The notes: a model not told the origin generated them from the sequence alone. 64,000 bases of DNA from Vitrella brassicaformis CCMP3155 (GCA_001179505.1 CDMY01000571.1:186001-250000), one strand, 5' to 3'. Positions 12,335 to 25,465 are shown, counted from the first letter of the stretch. Translations and numbers: made by a program.

Positions 12335-13023
12335 TCAGGTGTCCTTTATCATCTTTTTGGTCATGGTGACGACGTATCTCTCCTTCCGCCGCGCATAGGC
12401 CTCCACCTGACACACACAGAAAGGTGGCTACTCACACACACACACACACGAGTGGCTGGCTTCTCACGTTGACGCGATGGAATGTGATGGCTTCACACTT
12501 GGCGGCGAAACGGCCCCACCACTCCTCCCCTGCACCACACACACACACCCCCCGGTGGACTGATGGCTGGCTGTCTGTCTGTGTGTGCGCACCGATGTGC
12601 AGGTATGCCGGCAGGGAGTGGCCGTACTTGTCGCCCCAGACCTCTTTCATCCGGCGTGTGGTGAGGGCCTCGTACTCGGTGTCACACACATCCGCTATGA
12701 TGACACTCCGAGCGGACAGCCTGAACTCAATCACAGAATGACACATGAGTGCGTCTGGGTGTGTGTGCGTGTGTGTGCGTGTGTGCCTGAGCATCTCGTT
12801 GACGACGGTCTCGGCCACATCGAGAGAAGGCAGGTACTGAAACACACTGTTGCACACCTGACAGACAGAAATACAGCCCAACACACTCTCACACACACGA
12901 ACAGACACACACACACACACGTACGTCGCACATGTCATGTGCCTGAGTACCACAGCGTCATAGCTGCCCTCCTGCATCTCTTTGGTCGCCTCTGGCAGCA
13001 AGCCCACCTAACAAACACACACA

Positions 13024-13059
<36 letters not shown>

Positions 13060-13642
13060 TGCAACGTGCCTTGGCTGATCTATCCATCGCCTCACCGACC
13101 ATGAAGTGCCCATCGGCGATGTTCACACGCGCCCTCTCGATGCACGACTGCGACGCATCCACACCTACACACACACACACACACACATGTCCGTCCACTC
13201 ATGCATCTGTCTGTCCGTGTGCCCACCAGACAGTTGCAGCCCATGGACGATGCTCTGGACACACGAGAGGAAGGCGCCCACGCCACAGCCGCACTCGAAC
13301 ACCCGGTCGCCGCTGCGGATGTTTGTGCTGCCGATGGTGTCCTTGACGTACAGGTGCCACACAGTCGGGTCATCCAAGTCCTTCCACCCTGTTTGTGTGA
13401 TGGATCGTGTGAAAGATGCGCACATAGAGAGAGGGAGAGAGAGTGATCGTGTGTGTATGTGTACCTGCCATTTGGTGAAGGTGGTCAAACTCGCCCTCCT
13501 GCGCCATTCGCCCAAACACGTCGGTCCATTTCTCTCCCTCACTGCTGCTACTGCTGCAAAGACACACACACGCACAGAGAGCGAACCATCCTCATCCGGG
13601 CAGATGATTGCGTGCAGGCGTAGGTAGCTACCTGTTGTCCAT
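12335..13642 (-). CDS. Class I SAM-dependent methyltransferase, multi-exon
   Basis: Motif I VFECGCGVGAF; VDASQSCIERAR; YDAVV|CNSVFQYLP; VIIADV; ends MTKKMIKDT*. Confidence 0.85.
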
Positions 13643-13714
13643 GGTGTGTGTGGCGGCGACGCTCACTCTCTCATCTCTTGTCATTCAGTCAGACACGCGA
13701 TGGAGTCCCTTCCG

Positions 13715-13769
13715 ACAGATCACGAACGAACAGATCACGAACGAACAGATCACGAACGAACAGATCACA
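13715..13769. repeat. 15-bp tandem repeat ACAGATCACGAACGA (3 copies plus a partial)
   Basis: Directly visible; lies between divergent ATGs at 13642 (-) and 14032 (+). Confidence 0.9.
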
Positions 13770-14031
13770 CGGACAGATGCATCAAAGGGACAAACAGATC
13801 TACATCAAACACGACACATGCAGCATGGTGTGCGAGACGTGTCCATCTCACCTTTTTCAATCTCACCTTTTTCGACGATCTCAGTGTTTACATTCGGCGC
13901 CGGTCCTTCCTCTTTTTTCCATGTTTTAGCCGAAAATCAACGCCACAACGTTCCCCGTAAGTGCACACGTGCGTCTGCTTGTGTTTTGGGTCCGTCCATT
14001 CCATCAGATGCATCAGTCGCTCGTGCTGCAG

Positions 14032-16473
14032 ATGATGCCGCTGACGGCGGCGTCGCTCAGCCTGCTGCTAGTGCCGGTGCTGCTGCTGCTTTCGGTGCAT
14101 CGCGTCAATGCCGACTTGCCTGTCCATTGTCTGAGGCACCAGATCTGCAGTTTTTCTGGTGTCCATGTGCTTGTGTGACGTCTTGTGTGTGTGGGTGCAG
14201 GTAGAGGGCGACTGGGTGTTCACTGTGAGTCCGCTGCTCGGCGAGCGACAGAGCTGCGGGCACAGAAGACCTGACCGTGTAAGCAGAGAGAGATAGAGAG
14301 CCCGGTCCACTCATTGCATATGACGCATCTCTCTCTCTCTCTCTTCCTCTCCCTCCCTCTGTCCGTGTGTGTGTTTGGCGATGGGCAGCAAGACAGCGAG
14401 CCTTATCTCTCTTTCTTGCAAGACACATACGGCCGAGAGAACCTGCAAGACATAAGGGTGTGCCTGGAATGCATGGATGGATGGATGGATGGATGCTGTC
14501 ATGTCATGTCGTGTGTGCAGGTGTCCCTCGGCAAGGCAGCCAAAGCTCATGTGGCCGACGGTACATTTCCCCCGCCCACACACACACTCTGCGCACAAAT
14601 GTTGGTCTGGGTGCATTTAGAGGTTCCGTCTTCGTATGTGTCAATGCTGCCGCCGTTGACCGAGGGCAAATGGACAATGGTCTACGACGAGGGCTTCGAG
14701 GTGATTGGGAGGGTGGGAGGGCTCGTGACTGTCGCACGCAATCGGCCAGCCCAGCACATGAACGCATTCGTGCGTGCAGGTGCGTTTTCCCGCTGTGCGC
14801 TTCTTTGCCTTCTCGCGGTTCGACCTGCACGACATAGGCGGCCACACCTACAACGTCTCACACTGTGGCGAAACACTGGTACACTCGTCCAACTTTTTGC
14901 GCACTCAGAGAGAGAGGGAGGGAGGGAGGGAGGGAGAGAGATGGCTACGTGTCTGTGTATCTTGCGATCAGGTGGGTTGGCAGACCACGGCTGATCGCGA
15001 GAAGTGGGGCTGCTTCGTCGGCAGGAAGGCGAGCCCAGAGAAGGAGAACCTGATTCTAGTGACCAGAGAGCAGCCAATGGTATGCTAAGACACCCCCACC
15101 CAGAGAAGGAGAGAGAAAATGTCAACAAACGCTGTGTGTGTTATTCTGTGCAGCGTTCTGCAGCCTACGACGCGCCGCTCGCCCTGTCCACACACGAGAG
15201 ATACGTGGAGAGCCTCAACACAGTCCAGACAGACTGGTTCGGAGCATCAATTCATCCATCCATTCCCACACCCCTCCCTCCCCGCGCGCGCGTGTGTGTG
15301 TGTGGTCAGGTCTGCAACGCTCTACCCCCACATGCCGGGATCCACGCCGAGAGAAATAAACGACCGGTAGGCGGACAAGCAGAGGCAGGCAGCCCAGAAA
15401 TGGCGCGTGTGTGTGTACGTGTCACAGAAAACAGGGCCGGAATCAGAAGGAATCGGCCGCCAGGAGAGATGAGAGAGACGAGCCGCAAGACCCATATCGA
15501 CACCAACACTAACACTGGTACGTCTTTCTATGTCTGTGTGCACATCCATGTGGATCCATATGGATGGATGGATGGATGGCTCTCTGCATGCGTGTGTGTG
15601 TGTGTGTGCAGACCAGATTCTGTCCTTCATCCAAGTGGGAAGGGGACATCCTGGCGCCAACGCGATCTCGCGGCTCTCCTCTCTGCTCTATCGACGAGCC
15701 AAGCAAACACACGTATGCAGACACACACACACACACACACACAGACAGAGACGGTGGACATGTGCCCATGCGTGTGTGTATTTGCTCAGGCTGATCACGC
15801 AGACTTAGTGTGGTGGGCGCTTCCCGGAGTCCCTCGACTGGCGTGACAAAGACGGGCTCAGCTTCATCGAGCCGGTCGTCGATCAGGTGAGTGTGTGTGG
15901 CTGTGGCTGTGGGTGTTGGTGTGGGTGGATGGCTGGGTGCCTTCACATAGGGCGATTGCGGCTCTTGCTACACCGTTGCGACGCTGCGCATGCTCACAGC
16001 TCGGAAGAAGATCCTCACACGAGACCCAAACGTAAGACGTACCTGTCTGTTTGTTCGAATGTCTGTCTCTCTCTACATCCCTGTAGGCGGAGCCATTCAG
16101 CATTGCGTTCCCTCTCTACTGCTCCGAGTACAACCAGGTGCGCACACACTCACACAGAGAGACACACATGCGGGAGTGTGCATCTTCTCCGCCCACCGCA
16201 CAGGGCTGCAGCGGCGGCTATGCCTTCCTGACCTCCAAGTGGAGCTCTGACATCGGCTTGGTGCCGGCAAGATGCTACCCATACACCACACAAGGCACTG
16301 CCTGACCCCACCCTCCCACACAGACACACATCGTGTGTGTACGTGTCGTTGCAGGCGGCTGCGACCTGCAGTGTTCTGCCAAAGAAGTCGGCGAGCGATG
16401 GCGCGTGCGCGACTACGGATACGTGGGCGGGTAAGCCAGCCCACCCACCAATACACCCGCTCCATACACACAG

Positions 16474-16507
<34 letters not shown>

Positions 16508-17305
16508 GTCCTACGGTCGGTCGAGTGAGTGTGCGATGATCGAGGCGCTGCAGAGGGGGCCGATCGTCGTGAGCCTGGAGCCCAAACAGGACCTCATGTA
16601 CTACAGGTGAGTGAAAGCCCTTCCCTCGTTCCACCCCTCCCACACACACAAGGACACACCCTCGGTGTGTGATCTCTGTGTGTCCGTATGTGGCATGTAG
16701 TACTGGCATCTACACATCGACCAGCGAGCGGCACTCTGAGTGGGAGCGGGTCGACCACGCCGTCCTCTGCATCGGATACGGCACCGACAAACACACGGTA
16801 TTGCAGCGACACATAGAGAGAGGGAGACAGACACTAATGGCCGCATTCTCCTCCTCTGTGTGTCTGTCAGGGCAAGAAATTTTGGCTACTGCAGAACTCG
16901 GTCAGCAAACACCCACAGCACAGCCACACACATAGGAATGGAAACACACAGACACCTTCATTCACGTGCATGTCTGTCTGTCTGCGACATACACGCAGTG
17001 GGGCCCGTTGTGGGGCGAGGACGGCTACTTCCGTATCGCAAGAGGCATCAACGACAGGTTCAGTACACCCACCGACAGACACCCAACACACCAACACCCG
17101 AGATGCACACACATATGAATTTATGTGTGCAGCGGTGTGGAGAGCATCGCTGTGGAGGCGGACGTAATGCAAGACACCGACGGCGCCACCGTGCTCAACA
17201 GGTGCATATTGTCGTGTGTCGCCGACCACACACCCTGTTCTTCTCTCTCTGTGTCTGCACAGCTTCCTCTCTGCGATTCAGCTGCAGCCGGACACATCTG
17301 CATGA
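14032..17305 (+). CDS. CTSC: Cathepsin C / dipeptidyl aminopeptidase (DPAP), papain family C1A, multi-exon
   Basis: Signal peptide, then ADLPVHCL exclusion-domain start, GKWTMVYDEGFE, DQ|GDCGSCY (catalytic Cys), VDHAVL (His), LQNS|WG..WGEDGYFRI (Asn). Confidence 0.95.
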
Positions 17306-17416
17306 GATTGACTGTCATCCGTGTGGTGTGCATGATTTGGCTCCAAACGGAAAAGCTTGAAAACCCGTGCACACGGATTTACAACGGCTGTCAAAGCTCG
17401 CGTACACGCCCTCGCG

Positions 17417-19695
17417 ATGTGGCGCTGTGACTTGGCATCGTCTGCAGCTTTGCTCACGCTCTCCCTCACCCTGACTCTCTCAGGCTCACCAGCACGGCCA
17501 CAAAGGTAGGCCTCCATCAATCCAAAGACATGCACATGACGCCCATCGAATCGATGCGCATCGATGCAGCTCCCAATTCTGCCTGTCCGACGCCGACTGC
17601 CGCCACCAGAGCACCTGCCTCAAGGACCTTCCGGACCTCCCGAAGCAGCAGCGTTTGGTCAATGGCGTGTCGGTGGCGGTGGGGCTGTGCTCCGAGGGGT
17701 CTGGATGGCCGGTGAGCTCACCCGATGTGGCGCGGGAGCTGGGCGCGTTTGCTGCGGCGATTGGGCAGCTGCCGATGCCGCTGGCTGAGGTTGTGCTAAC
17801 TGGTACCATGCACACACATACACACGGAGGGAGAGAGGGAGGGAAGGGCCATTGTGTCTGTGTGTCTGTGTCTTGAGTGTGCAGATGGGCGTGTGTGTGA
17901 GAGCGACCTTGACTGTGGCGGTGTTGGTGCGGAGGAAGAGGGAGAGAGCAAAAAGGCAGTGTGTCTGCCGCTGCTTGCTGGTGCTGAGGGGCTGCCACAC
18001 AAGGGGGTGTGCTTTGGCAAGGACAGGGGCAAGAGGCCAAAGCCGAAACCCAGCACCAAGACAACAGGTGAGTTCACGGGAATGCATCTGTGTGTGTGTT
18101 CCATTGACGGATGCATGTGTGTGGGGGGCTTGTGTGTGAGTGCAGAGCTGCCGACCACATCAAGCACAGAGGAGCCCACCACATCCACACCCGGTCAGTG
18201 AGCCAAGCCTCCCTGTTCACGTGTATCTGTATGTGTATGTGATCACACCCGATCTGCACAGAGGCGGCCATTGCCACAACAACCACAGAGGAGCCGCTTA
18301 CCAGCACCACACGTGGGCACGCAACGCAGCTGCATACTTGGATGAATGGATGGATGGATGGATGGCCGGATGTGTGTGTGTGCAGGTTCGCCCACCACAA
18401 CAACTACAGAAGAGCCCACGACCACTCGTAAGCGAGACAGACTGGCAGCATCATGAACGTGCAAGGGAATGTTCGTTGCGCGAATGTCAGCTGAAGCGAC
18501 CACAACAGAAGAGCCAACAACCAGCAGCAGCACCAGCACCACTGGTAAGCACATCCATCTATTCATTTGGGCGCGGCGCGCGTCGAAGTGTGTGCAATGC
18601 CATGTGTGTCAGCTGAAGTGACTACGACAACTGAGGCGTTGACGACAACAGGTACGCGAACGGACCATGTGCGAGGTTTTATGCTCATAGGTGTGTGTCT
18701 GTGTGTGTGCACAGTGGCCCCTACCACCACTACATCGACAACAACTGGTAACCTTCCATCCCACCACGCCCAGACCCCCAGACGTGGCGATGCACTCTCT
18801 CCCTCTGTGTGTGCGTGTGTGTGTGTGTGTGTGTGCAGAGCTCCCGATAGACCTGCCGCCCACCATATCTGACGGTGCCGATGAGGACGCTTGTGACGGT
18901 CAGTCTGTCGTACGTGTGTGTGTGTGTGTATGCGCATGCGCCCCACACACCCTCGTGGACACATGGCACATGTGTGTGTTGGTGCAGGTGTTGAGCCCGA
19001 GATAAGCGGGCATCAGTTCATCCCTCTCGCCGGCAGCGGCGTGCCTATTCTCCCAGCGTCTCCTCTGCTCACCAACGACACAGTATGCCCCCCTTGCCCA
19101 CCACACTGGATGAATGGATGGATGGATGGATGTGTGTGTATAAGGCGTTTTCGGTGCCCGCTGAGGATGGTGTAAGCTTCACCTTTATCGCCATCCCGGC
19201 CGTGTGTGTCGAGACACTGCAGATGGACATACTCGATGAAGATGGTATACACGCGGCTGCACACACACACACACACATGGACGCACCCCATTGGTGGGTG
19301 GACAGGTGAGGTCATCGAGTACCCCAGCGGCCGCTCGCCCTTCAACGTGGAGCAAGTGAGCCCCTTCTCGGCATTCGGCGACATGATGACCACATTTGCG
19401 CCATTCTCCGTCACGGATGAGGTACACACGTTTGCGTGTCTACCGTGTGATGAGCACATGTATACGTCATTTGTGTATGCAGGGGCCAGGGACATTCACC
19501 CTTGTGTCAGTGCCGACCAATGGAGATCTGCTGGGCGAACCTGTGCTGCTCTCATGTAGGCCATCGAACACACACACCTATTTGTGTGTCTACGCCTGTC
19601 TTTGTGTGTGTGCAGTTGACGTGCCATCGAGTGAAGAGAGCGACCGCCGAAGTGAAGACGGGACACGGCCTGGTGCGGGGTCGTTCTTGGACTGA
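17417..19695 (+). CDS. Secreted Cys-rich, Thr-rich mucin-like protein
   Basis: Leader MWRCDLASSAALLTLSLTLTLSG; two CxxDxDC...C...GxC units; about six TTTTEEPTT mini-exons; unknown C-terminal domain; ends GAGSFLD*. Confidence 0.65.
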
Positions 19696-20174
19696 TTCGC
19701 GTGAATGATCCAGCCATCCCCCATGTCATGATGCACTGATGTGCATGTGCATGCCTGTGTAGCTCATATGACGCCTGTGGGTGTGGTTTGATCCATGTGT
19801 GGGTGTGCGCATCTATTTAGCTAGGTATTTGTGTCTCTACATCGAGCACTGGGGCAAAGCTTCTCAGTGTCGCCCGTCAGTGATGGCGGGAGCTGAGTAT
19901 TTGTAGATTTGTGTTGCTCGGTTCTCTATTTGTCTATCCGTACCGGTTTGTCTACTGTGTTTGCCACATGCATATGCGACGAAGGCACACAGAGAGACAT
20001 GGATGCACACGTAGGTGTATGCCGCATTTGCTGTTTGTGGTGTGTCTACTGATGCACGCCAGTCGGATGGCTGCAGATGTGGGCAGTTGATTGAGAAAGC
20101 AAACAGCGTCGAATGACTCATACGTCTCTTAATGGGTCATTCTCATCAAAACACAAAGCCAACGCGACACGAAC

Positions 20175-21728
20175 CTACTGTCTCTGTCTCTGCCACGCGC
20201 CAAAAGCCCCATTGTACACAGAGTGCTTTCCCTCTCCACACGTCTCTGTCCCCTGCCACAGCACGCCATCTTTTATGTCTCCTTCGAAGTGAAATCTGGC
20301 TTCATTGACATGGCCTCCTTTCCAACAATTCGTTGCACGCAAATTCACCGGGCCGTCTGCTGGCTTCCCAGCTATGAAATCACCCTGATAGTTGTAGACG
20401 TAGATGTTATATTTGTATCTCTCAGGAGGATTCCTTGCTTGAATGACATTGCCGCTGCCCTTGCCGTCCGGCAGGCCCCCTTTCCATTCACCTGAGTATA
20501 TCATTTCGGCCAACGAGGAATTGCAGTTTTGTACAAATCGGCCATTTCCACACGGCTTGTGGTCTTTCAGCTGTCCTGAGTATTTGCCGGCGTAATATGG
20601 GCTGGGCAGCCCAGTGATCGTCAGTTCCACACATTCGCCATCACCGAGAAACTCTCCGTTCGCAAACACGTCGCTTACTTGCACGCCATCCTTATTCCTC
20701 TTTGTGCCGTGCCCATGATAGACTCCGTCAATCCAGGCACCATTGTACCTCTCGTGTCCAGACCCAGTCTTCTCACAGCGATTCCACATCCCGTTGCCAT
20801 GTGGTTTGTGATTGCGGACTTGTCCGGAATATGTGCCGTCATTGAAGGCCATGTTCTTCACGTCTCCGTCACCGAGGAAGTCGCCATTGGTGAAGGCTCC
20901 TTTGAAGGTCCTGAAGTCGCGCATCGGCTGATGACCCCCAGGATAATAATAATGAAACACTGTGTTGAGCTCTCCGCTTCGATTAAAGCAGCCACTCTTG
21001 AATTCTCCTTCGTATTCCTTGTGTCCGTCAGTGAAGTAGAGCGTGCCTTTGCCATTGTACTGCCCCGCGGCCCATTCGCCTTCGTATCGCTTTTTTCCGT
21101 CACCCAAATACAAAGTCCCCTTTCCATGCCGTATCCCCTTTTGCCACTCGCCGTCGTAGTCTTGCTGTTTGCCGTCATGGAAGAAAGACTTGGCCTTGCC
21201 GTGGAGGTGTCCTGCCACCCAGTCGCCCTCGTAGCGCTTTGTCTGCTCGTCCAGAGACCACAGCACGCCCTTGCCGTGGGGCTTCTCGTTCCGCCATTGC
21301 CCTTTGTAGATGCCGGCCTGGCCGTCGACCTCCCAGTGCCGTGTGACGTTCTCCAGAGGGTCTGGCTCGCTCTTGGCTTGCCGGGCAGCCTGTGAGACAC
21401 ATACAGATGCAGGAAAGACACCCTCATATGTGTACATGCAGCCAGCCGGTCGCTCTGCAACGTGCTCTGCATGGCATATGGGGATGGTTCTTACCAGCAG
21501 TTCTGCTCGGAGATTGGCCATTTCTGTTGTCAGCGACTTCACCTGGCCCTTCAGCTCTTCGCATTGCGCCTTGTATTGATCCCGGGACTCCCGCATTTCC
21601 TGCAGCCGCTCCTGAAGTTCGCTGCTGCGGCCTTCATTCACGGTCCGAAGGTTGTCCTGTGAGCGCCGATAGTCGTCTAGGATGTTCTGGAAGTCCTCCG
21701 GGAGGACCGATGACCCAGAAACCGACAT
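20175..21728 (-). CDS. MORN-repeat protein with N-terminal coiled coil (one 105-nt intron, 21390-21494)
   Basis: YKGQWRNEKPHGKG, YEGDWVAGHLHGK, YDGEWQKGIRHGKG and further repeats; heptad-rich N-terminus; GT-AG intron. Start could be the upstream ATG at 21827. Confidence 0.88.
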   Translation of the reverse strand: MSVSGSSVLPEDFQNILDDYRRSQDNLRTVNEGRSSELQERLQEMRESRDQYKAQCEELKGQVKSLTTEMANLRAELLVRTIPICHAEHVAERPAGCMYTYEGVFPASVCVSQAARQAKSEPDPLENVTRHWEVDGQAGIYKGQWRNEKPHGKGVLWSLDEQTKRYEGDWVAGHLHGKAKSFFHDGKQQDYDGEWQKGIRHGKGTLYLGDGKKRYEGEWAAGQYNGKGTLYFTDGHKEYEGEFKSGCFNRSGELNTVFHYYYPGGHQPMRDFRTFKGAFTNGDFLGDGDVKNMAFNDGTYSGQVRNHKPHGNGMWNRCEKTGSGHERYNGAWIDGVYHGHGTKRNKDGVQVSDVFANGEFLGDGECVELTITGLPSPYYAGKYSGQLKDHKPCGNGRFVQNCNSSLAEMIYSGEWKGGLPDGKGSGNVIQARNPPERYKYNIYVYNYQGDFIAGKPADGPVNLRATNCWKGGHVNEARFHFEGDIKDGVLWQGTETCGEGKHSVYNGAFGAWQRQRQ

Positions 21729-22363
21729 TTTGGTGTGTGTGCCAATGGACGGGGCTGCCCCCAAGCGATCGCTGTTTATCGTCGAGCTCGCAGATGAGAC
21801 AGCTCCGTAGAGGCGAGAAAAAAGCATGATGGACAGCGCTTGAGATGTTGTCGATCTGTGCCACTCGCACTGCCTCCACCATCACAGTCCACCATCTTCA
21901 TCTCTGACACAATTTCTTCAAGGTAGGGAAGGGAAGCAGGCACTGGCAGGCAGGAGAAGATCAGAAGCTGTGTGCTTTGCAAGACGTCAATTCGTCTCTC
22001 GATGGCTCTCCTCTAGCATGATGATGGCGTTGATGAGTGTTGCTGGGCTGACGTCAAGGCCGGCATGATGGACAAAAGACCCTTGCGTGTTCCGTGAAGG
22101 CTCTTTGTGTTTGGTGTGCGTTAGCCGATATCTCGCTTGACCACTGCGTTACGCAACTCTTTGCAGGACACTTCCCCGTGTTCTGCCTCCTTCGCTGATC
22201 TCGGCCGGTGTGTGTTGTCTTGACTGACGGCGAGGAATACTGACACTCGACGCATCACACACTCACTAATAAGGTGCGAATGGACTCACACAGGGAGAGG
22301 GGGAGGCACACCGTAAGTGATCCTCTGTTTGAGTGTGATGTGTGTCAGCAGGTCGCGTTAGTG

Positions 22364-24074
22364 ATGGCCTCTGGCACTGCGCAAGGCCAGCAGTCTGTTG
22401 ACTGTCTGCGGCCAATACCGACCAGACAGTTGAGTGAGGGCATCGTCCGTCGGACCTTCACCGATCCGCAGCAAGTGGCGCAGCTCATACGCGATGGCGC
22501 TGACCCCAATGCTGAGCCCTGCCCGTGGGTGCGGGGTGCGATTGCTGCGCTGTCGTATCGGCTGCTCGCTCTCGCCGTCGACAACCTCAGCGACGGCACC
22601 CTGCATACTATCCAGGTGGACGACAGCCACGGTCGTCTGCGGCATCTCACACTACCTCGGTGGCCGTCTGCTGAGCTGGAGGCGGCTATCATCAACGCTC
22701 TCATCGACGGAGGCGCCCACGTCAATCCGCCGGCCCACGTGAACAGGCCCATCAGGGTGGCTGTCGAATGTGCCAATGAGAACGCTGTGAGGGTTTTATT
22801 GGCACGCGGTGCTGCGGTGCGCCGCCTTCAAAGCCCGTTCTTGATCATGGAGCTGCCCACGTCCACCATCTTCGACGGAGTCGGCCATCAGGTGTCCCTC
22901 GGCTATGAGCAGCGGCTGCTGTCGATCTACCGCCGGCTCATCCAGCACGACCCCACACTCGCAACCAAACAAATTGGGGGCGGTCAAACTCTGATCCAGA
23001 AGGCGGCGTGGAGCGAGCGAGGCCACTATTCGCAGGCCTTCATCGATTCGTATCTCGACCTGCTGGTGGACAAGGGGGCCAGTCTGACGGCAGTGAATGG
23101 GTCTGGATGGACGGCTCTGCACTCGGCGATAGAGTGCGGCTCTCCGTGTGTGACTGACTACCTCTGCCGCCATGTGGCAGCAGCGGACATCGACAGAGAG
23201 ACGACAGGCGGGGGTACCCCAGCGAGACGCCCCTGGTTGTGGCCGCCCGCAGAATCTATCGATCGCTTGAGCTCTCGCAAGACGTCACCGTGTCGCAGGA
23301 CGACGGGGACCGAGCCACCAGCAAGATTCCCCTTTACGAGGCGACCATCCGCAGCTTGCTGAGAATCGGAGCGGACATCGGCCGCATCCCCACAGACACA
23401 GAGGAAGACACGGCTGCCGCCAGCTGGTGCTGACCCAGTGCACGACAGTGCTCAACACGGACATCCACACTGGGGCGATGGCGGCCCTCAACGCCGCCCT
23501 CGCCCCTCAGCGGTCGCTGGCTGCCCTGATGACCCACTTGCTGCCGCTCGTTGATCACAATGACGGCGAAGACCCTGCCCCCTCCCCCCTCTCATGCGGC
23601 CCACACGAGGCAGAGGCAATCGGCTGGCGCATCGCCGCCATGTGCTTCGACCAACACGCCGCCAACGAGACCATCACTGCCAAGATCGGCATCCGCAACA
23701 GCGACATGGCCCGCCGTGTGTGTGCGGCCGTCGACCGCTCCGTCAAGTCGGCGCTGTATGCGAGCAGCAACAGGGAGGTGGTGGGCGGGACGGCCAATGT
23801 GGGCGGCGTGACGGTGCGGGTGCCGCTGCAGTGCTTCGCCATTAGGGCCGACAGCCGCCCACACCAGGTGGTCCACACACGGGGCCGTGTGGGTGTGCGT
23901 GAGGTGGTGCAGAGGGCCCGGCTGGACGAGGCGGCCCGACACGGCATAGAGGAGGGGGCCATCAACAAGGGCTTCAACGAGCATTTGGGTAATGCCGACT
24001 GTCAGTTTGGTGGGTGGCAGCAGCTGGGCCGCATCGACGAGCGGGGGCAGTGGGTGACACTCGGCATCGACTGA
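22364..24074 (+). pseudogene. Ankyrin-repeat family copy 1 (ANK1), intronless CDS with two frameshifts (about 23210 and 23410)
   Basis: Ankyrin motifs (RPIRVAVECANENAVRVLLARGA; GWTALHSAIECGSPCVTDYL); colinear with the 38870-40644 copy only if the frame is shifted twice. Confidence 0.75.
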
Positions 24075-24554
24075 GAGGGAGGGAGAGAGGGATGCATGGA
24101 GAGGTGCGTCAGTCATGTGTGCGTGGACTGTTTGGTGTCTGACAATTTTGGCATGTTGAATCGGCCTGGGTGTGTGGTGGACTCGTTTCATGAATTGACC
24201 ATCCTGACGTGGCGCATAAAGCAAATGGACAGGTACGCAATGCATCACATTACGATAGTCCATAGAATCCATAGCCAGGCAGACAGGTTATTGTCGATTC
24301 AACCTTACGTGTCCCCAGCGCAATGCATGCACTACACATAAACACTTCAATGGAACACTTCTATCCATCCATCCACCCATCCACCCTCATGACATCCCCT
24401 CTTGCTTCGCAATCAGCTCCGCGTCGTCCCCCACTGGCACAGTATGTGGGGGCGACAGGATGGGGGCGTCTCACCGATAGGGTGTCAGCCTGGCAGCCTG
24501 AGCGAATTCTGATTTTGTGATCCAGTTTCTGCCATCCATTCCGATCCCCCCAGG

Positions 24555-25095
24555 ATGCAGTCGTTCATTGCGGTATCCCTCTGTATCGCATTGGCGCTCC
24601 CCGTGCTGTCAGTGAATGCCACAGGCCTCGAGCTCCTCAACCATTGCAACAAGGCCATTGCCAACCGCGTTGCCCGACACGCACACGCTCTCGCGGCCGG
24701 CAAGGCGGCCCACGCCATTGACAAGGATGCCAGCGCCCAGCCATGTGCGTACGCGATAGACACAAAGACAGACCTTGCAATGGTGCACGACGTATCATGT
24801 TCTTTGTTCGTCTCCTGCAGCCGAGTGCTGGCACGTCGAGGCCCACGCCACCATCCGCGAGCACGTTTCGGACTGCCCGCTCCCAAAAGTGTGTGTGCTG
24901 CGCCCCGAGAAGCGCCAAGAGGGAGCTGGGCTCGGCAAGCCTCACAAGATGAGCCACAAGGGCGCGTGCGTGTCAGTGGAGGAGGCGGTCAAGCGCTGCG
25001 GCGGCAGACACAAGATCGAGGATGAGGACCTTGATAGCAACCCACTCAACGGGCAGTTCTGCACCGAGGAATCCACCACGAGCGCCAAGCTGTAG
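24555..25095 (+). CDS. Secreted six-Cys protein A (2 exons; intron 24745-24820)
   Basis: Signal peptide MQSFIAVSLCIALALPVLSVNA; exon 2 has C...CP...VCVL...GAC...C...GQFC; ends SAKL*. Confidence 0.75.
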
Positions 25096-25465
25096 CGAGG
25101 GTTGAGCAGCTTTCAATCATGCACATGCATGGACGCATGGACAAGGGAAGGAAGGACGGTCAAGAGCTCTGTGTGCGTGCATGATGAGTGTCCTCCCTGT
25201 TGTACGCACCTTTTACAAACGAACAGTAACACCAGGCACCTCAAAACTGGCTGAAGCGTCTTCTTCGTTGCACAACTGGATTCTTAATGATTGAGACATG
25301 AGACATGAGACATCACATCAATTCAATGAATCGTCAATGCCCACTGCATCGACCAGCGCCAGCAAAGGTGAGCGTTTGCAAAGGTCTGCGTGAAATATAG
25401 AATAATGCACGAAGCGGTGAACACCGCTCTGTCTTTCATCCCCTCGCTCTCGCCACGGAAAAGTG

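Noticed and set aside
13068-13105. Additional GC-AG intron in the methyltransferase gene
   Set aside because: An in-phase GT donor (ATG|gtcggt) slightly upstream explains the junction equally well.
13715-13769. CRISPR-like array
   Set aside because: Contiguous 15-bp units with no spacers, no cas genes and a eukaryotic context.
7703-24074. Catalase-ankyrin (katB-ankB-like) functional linkage
   Set aside because: The genes are 11 kb apart with unrelated genes between, and the ankyrin copies belong to a repeated family.
25084-25095. C-terminal AKL (PTS1) on six-Cys protein A
   Set aside because: The protein has a strong signal peptide and a disulfide framework, and paralogues lack the tripeptide; probably coincidental.
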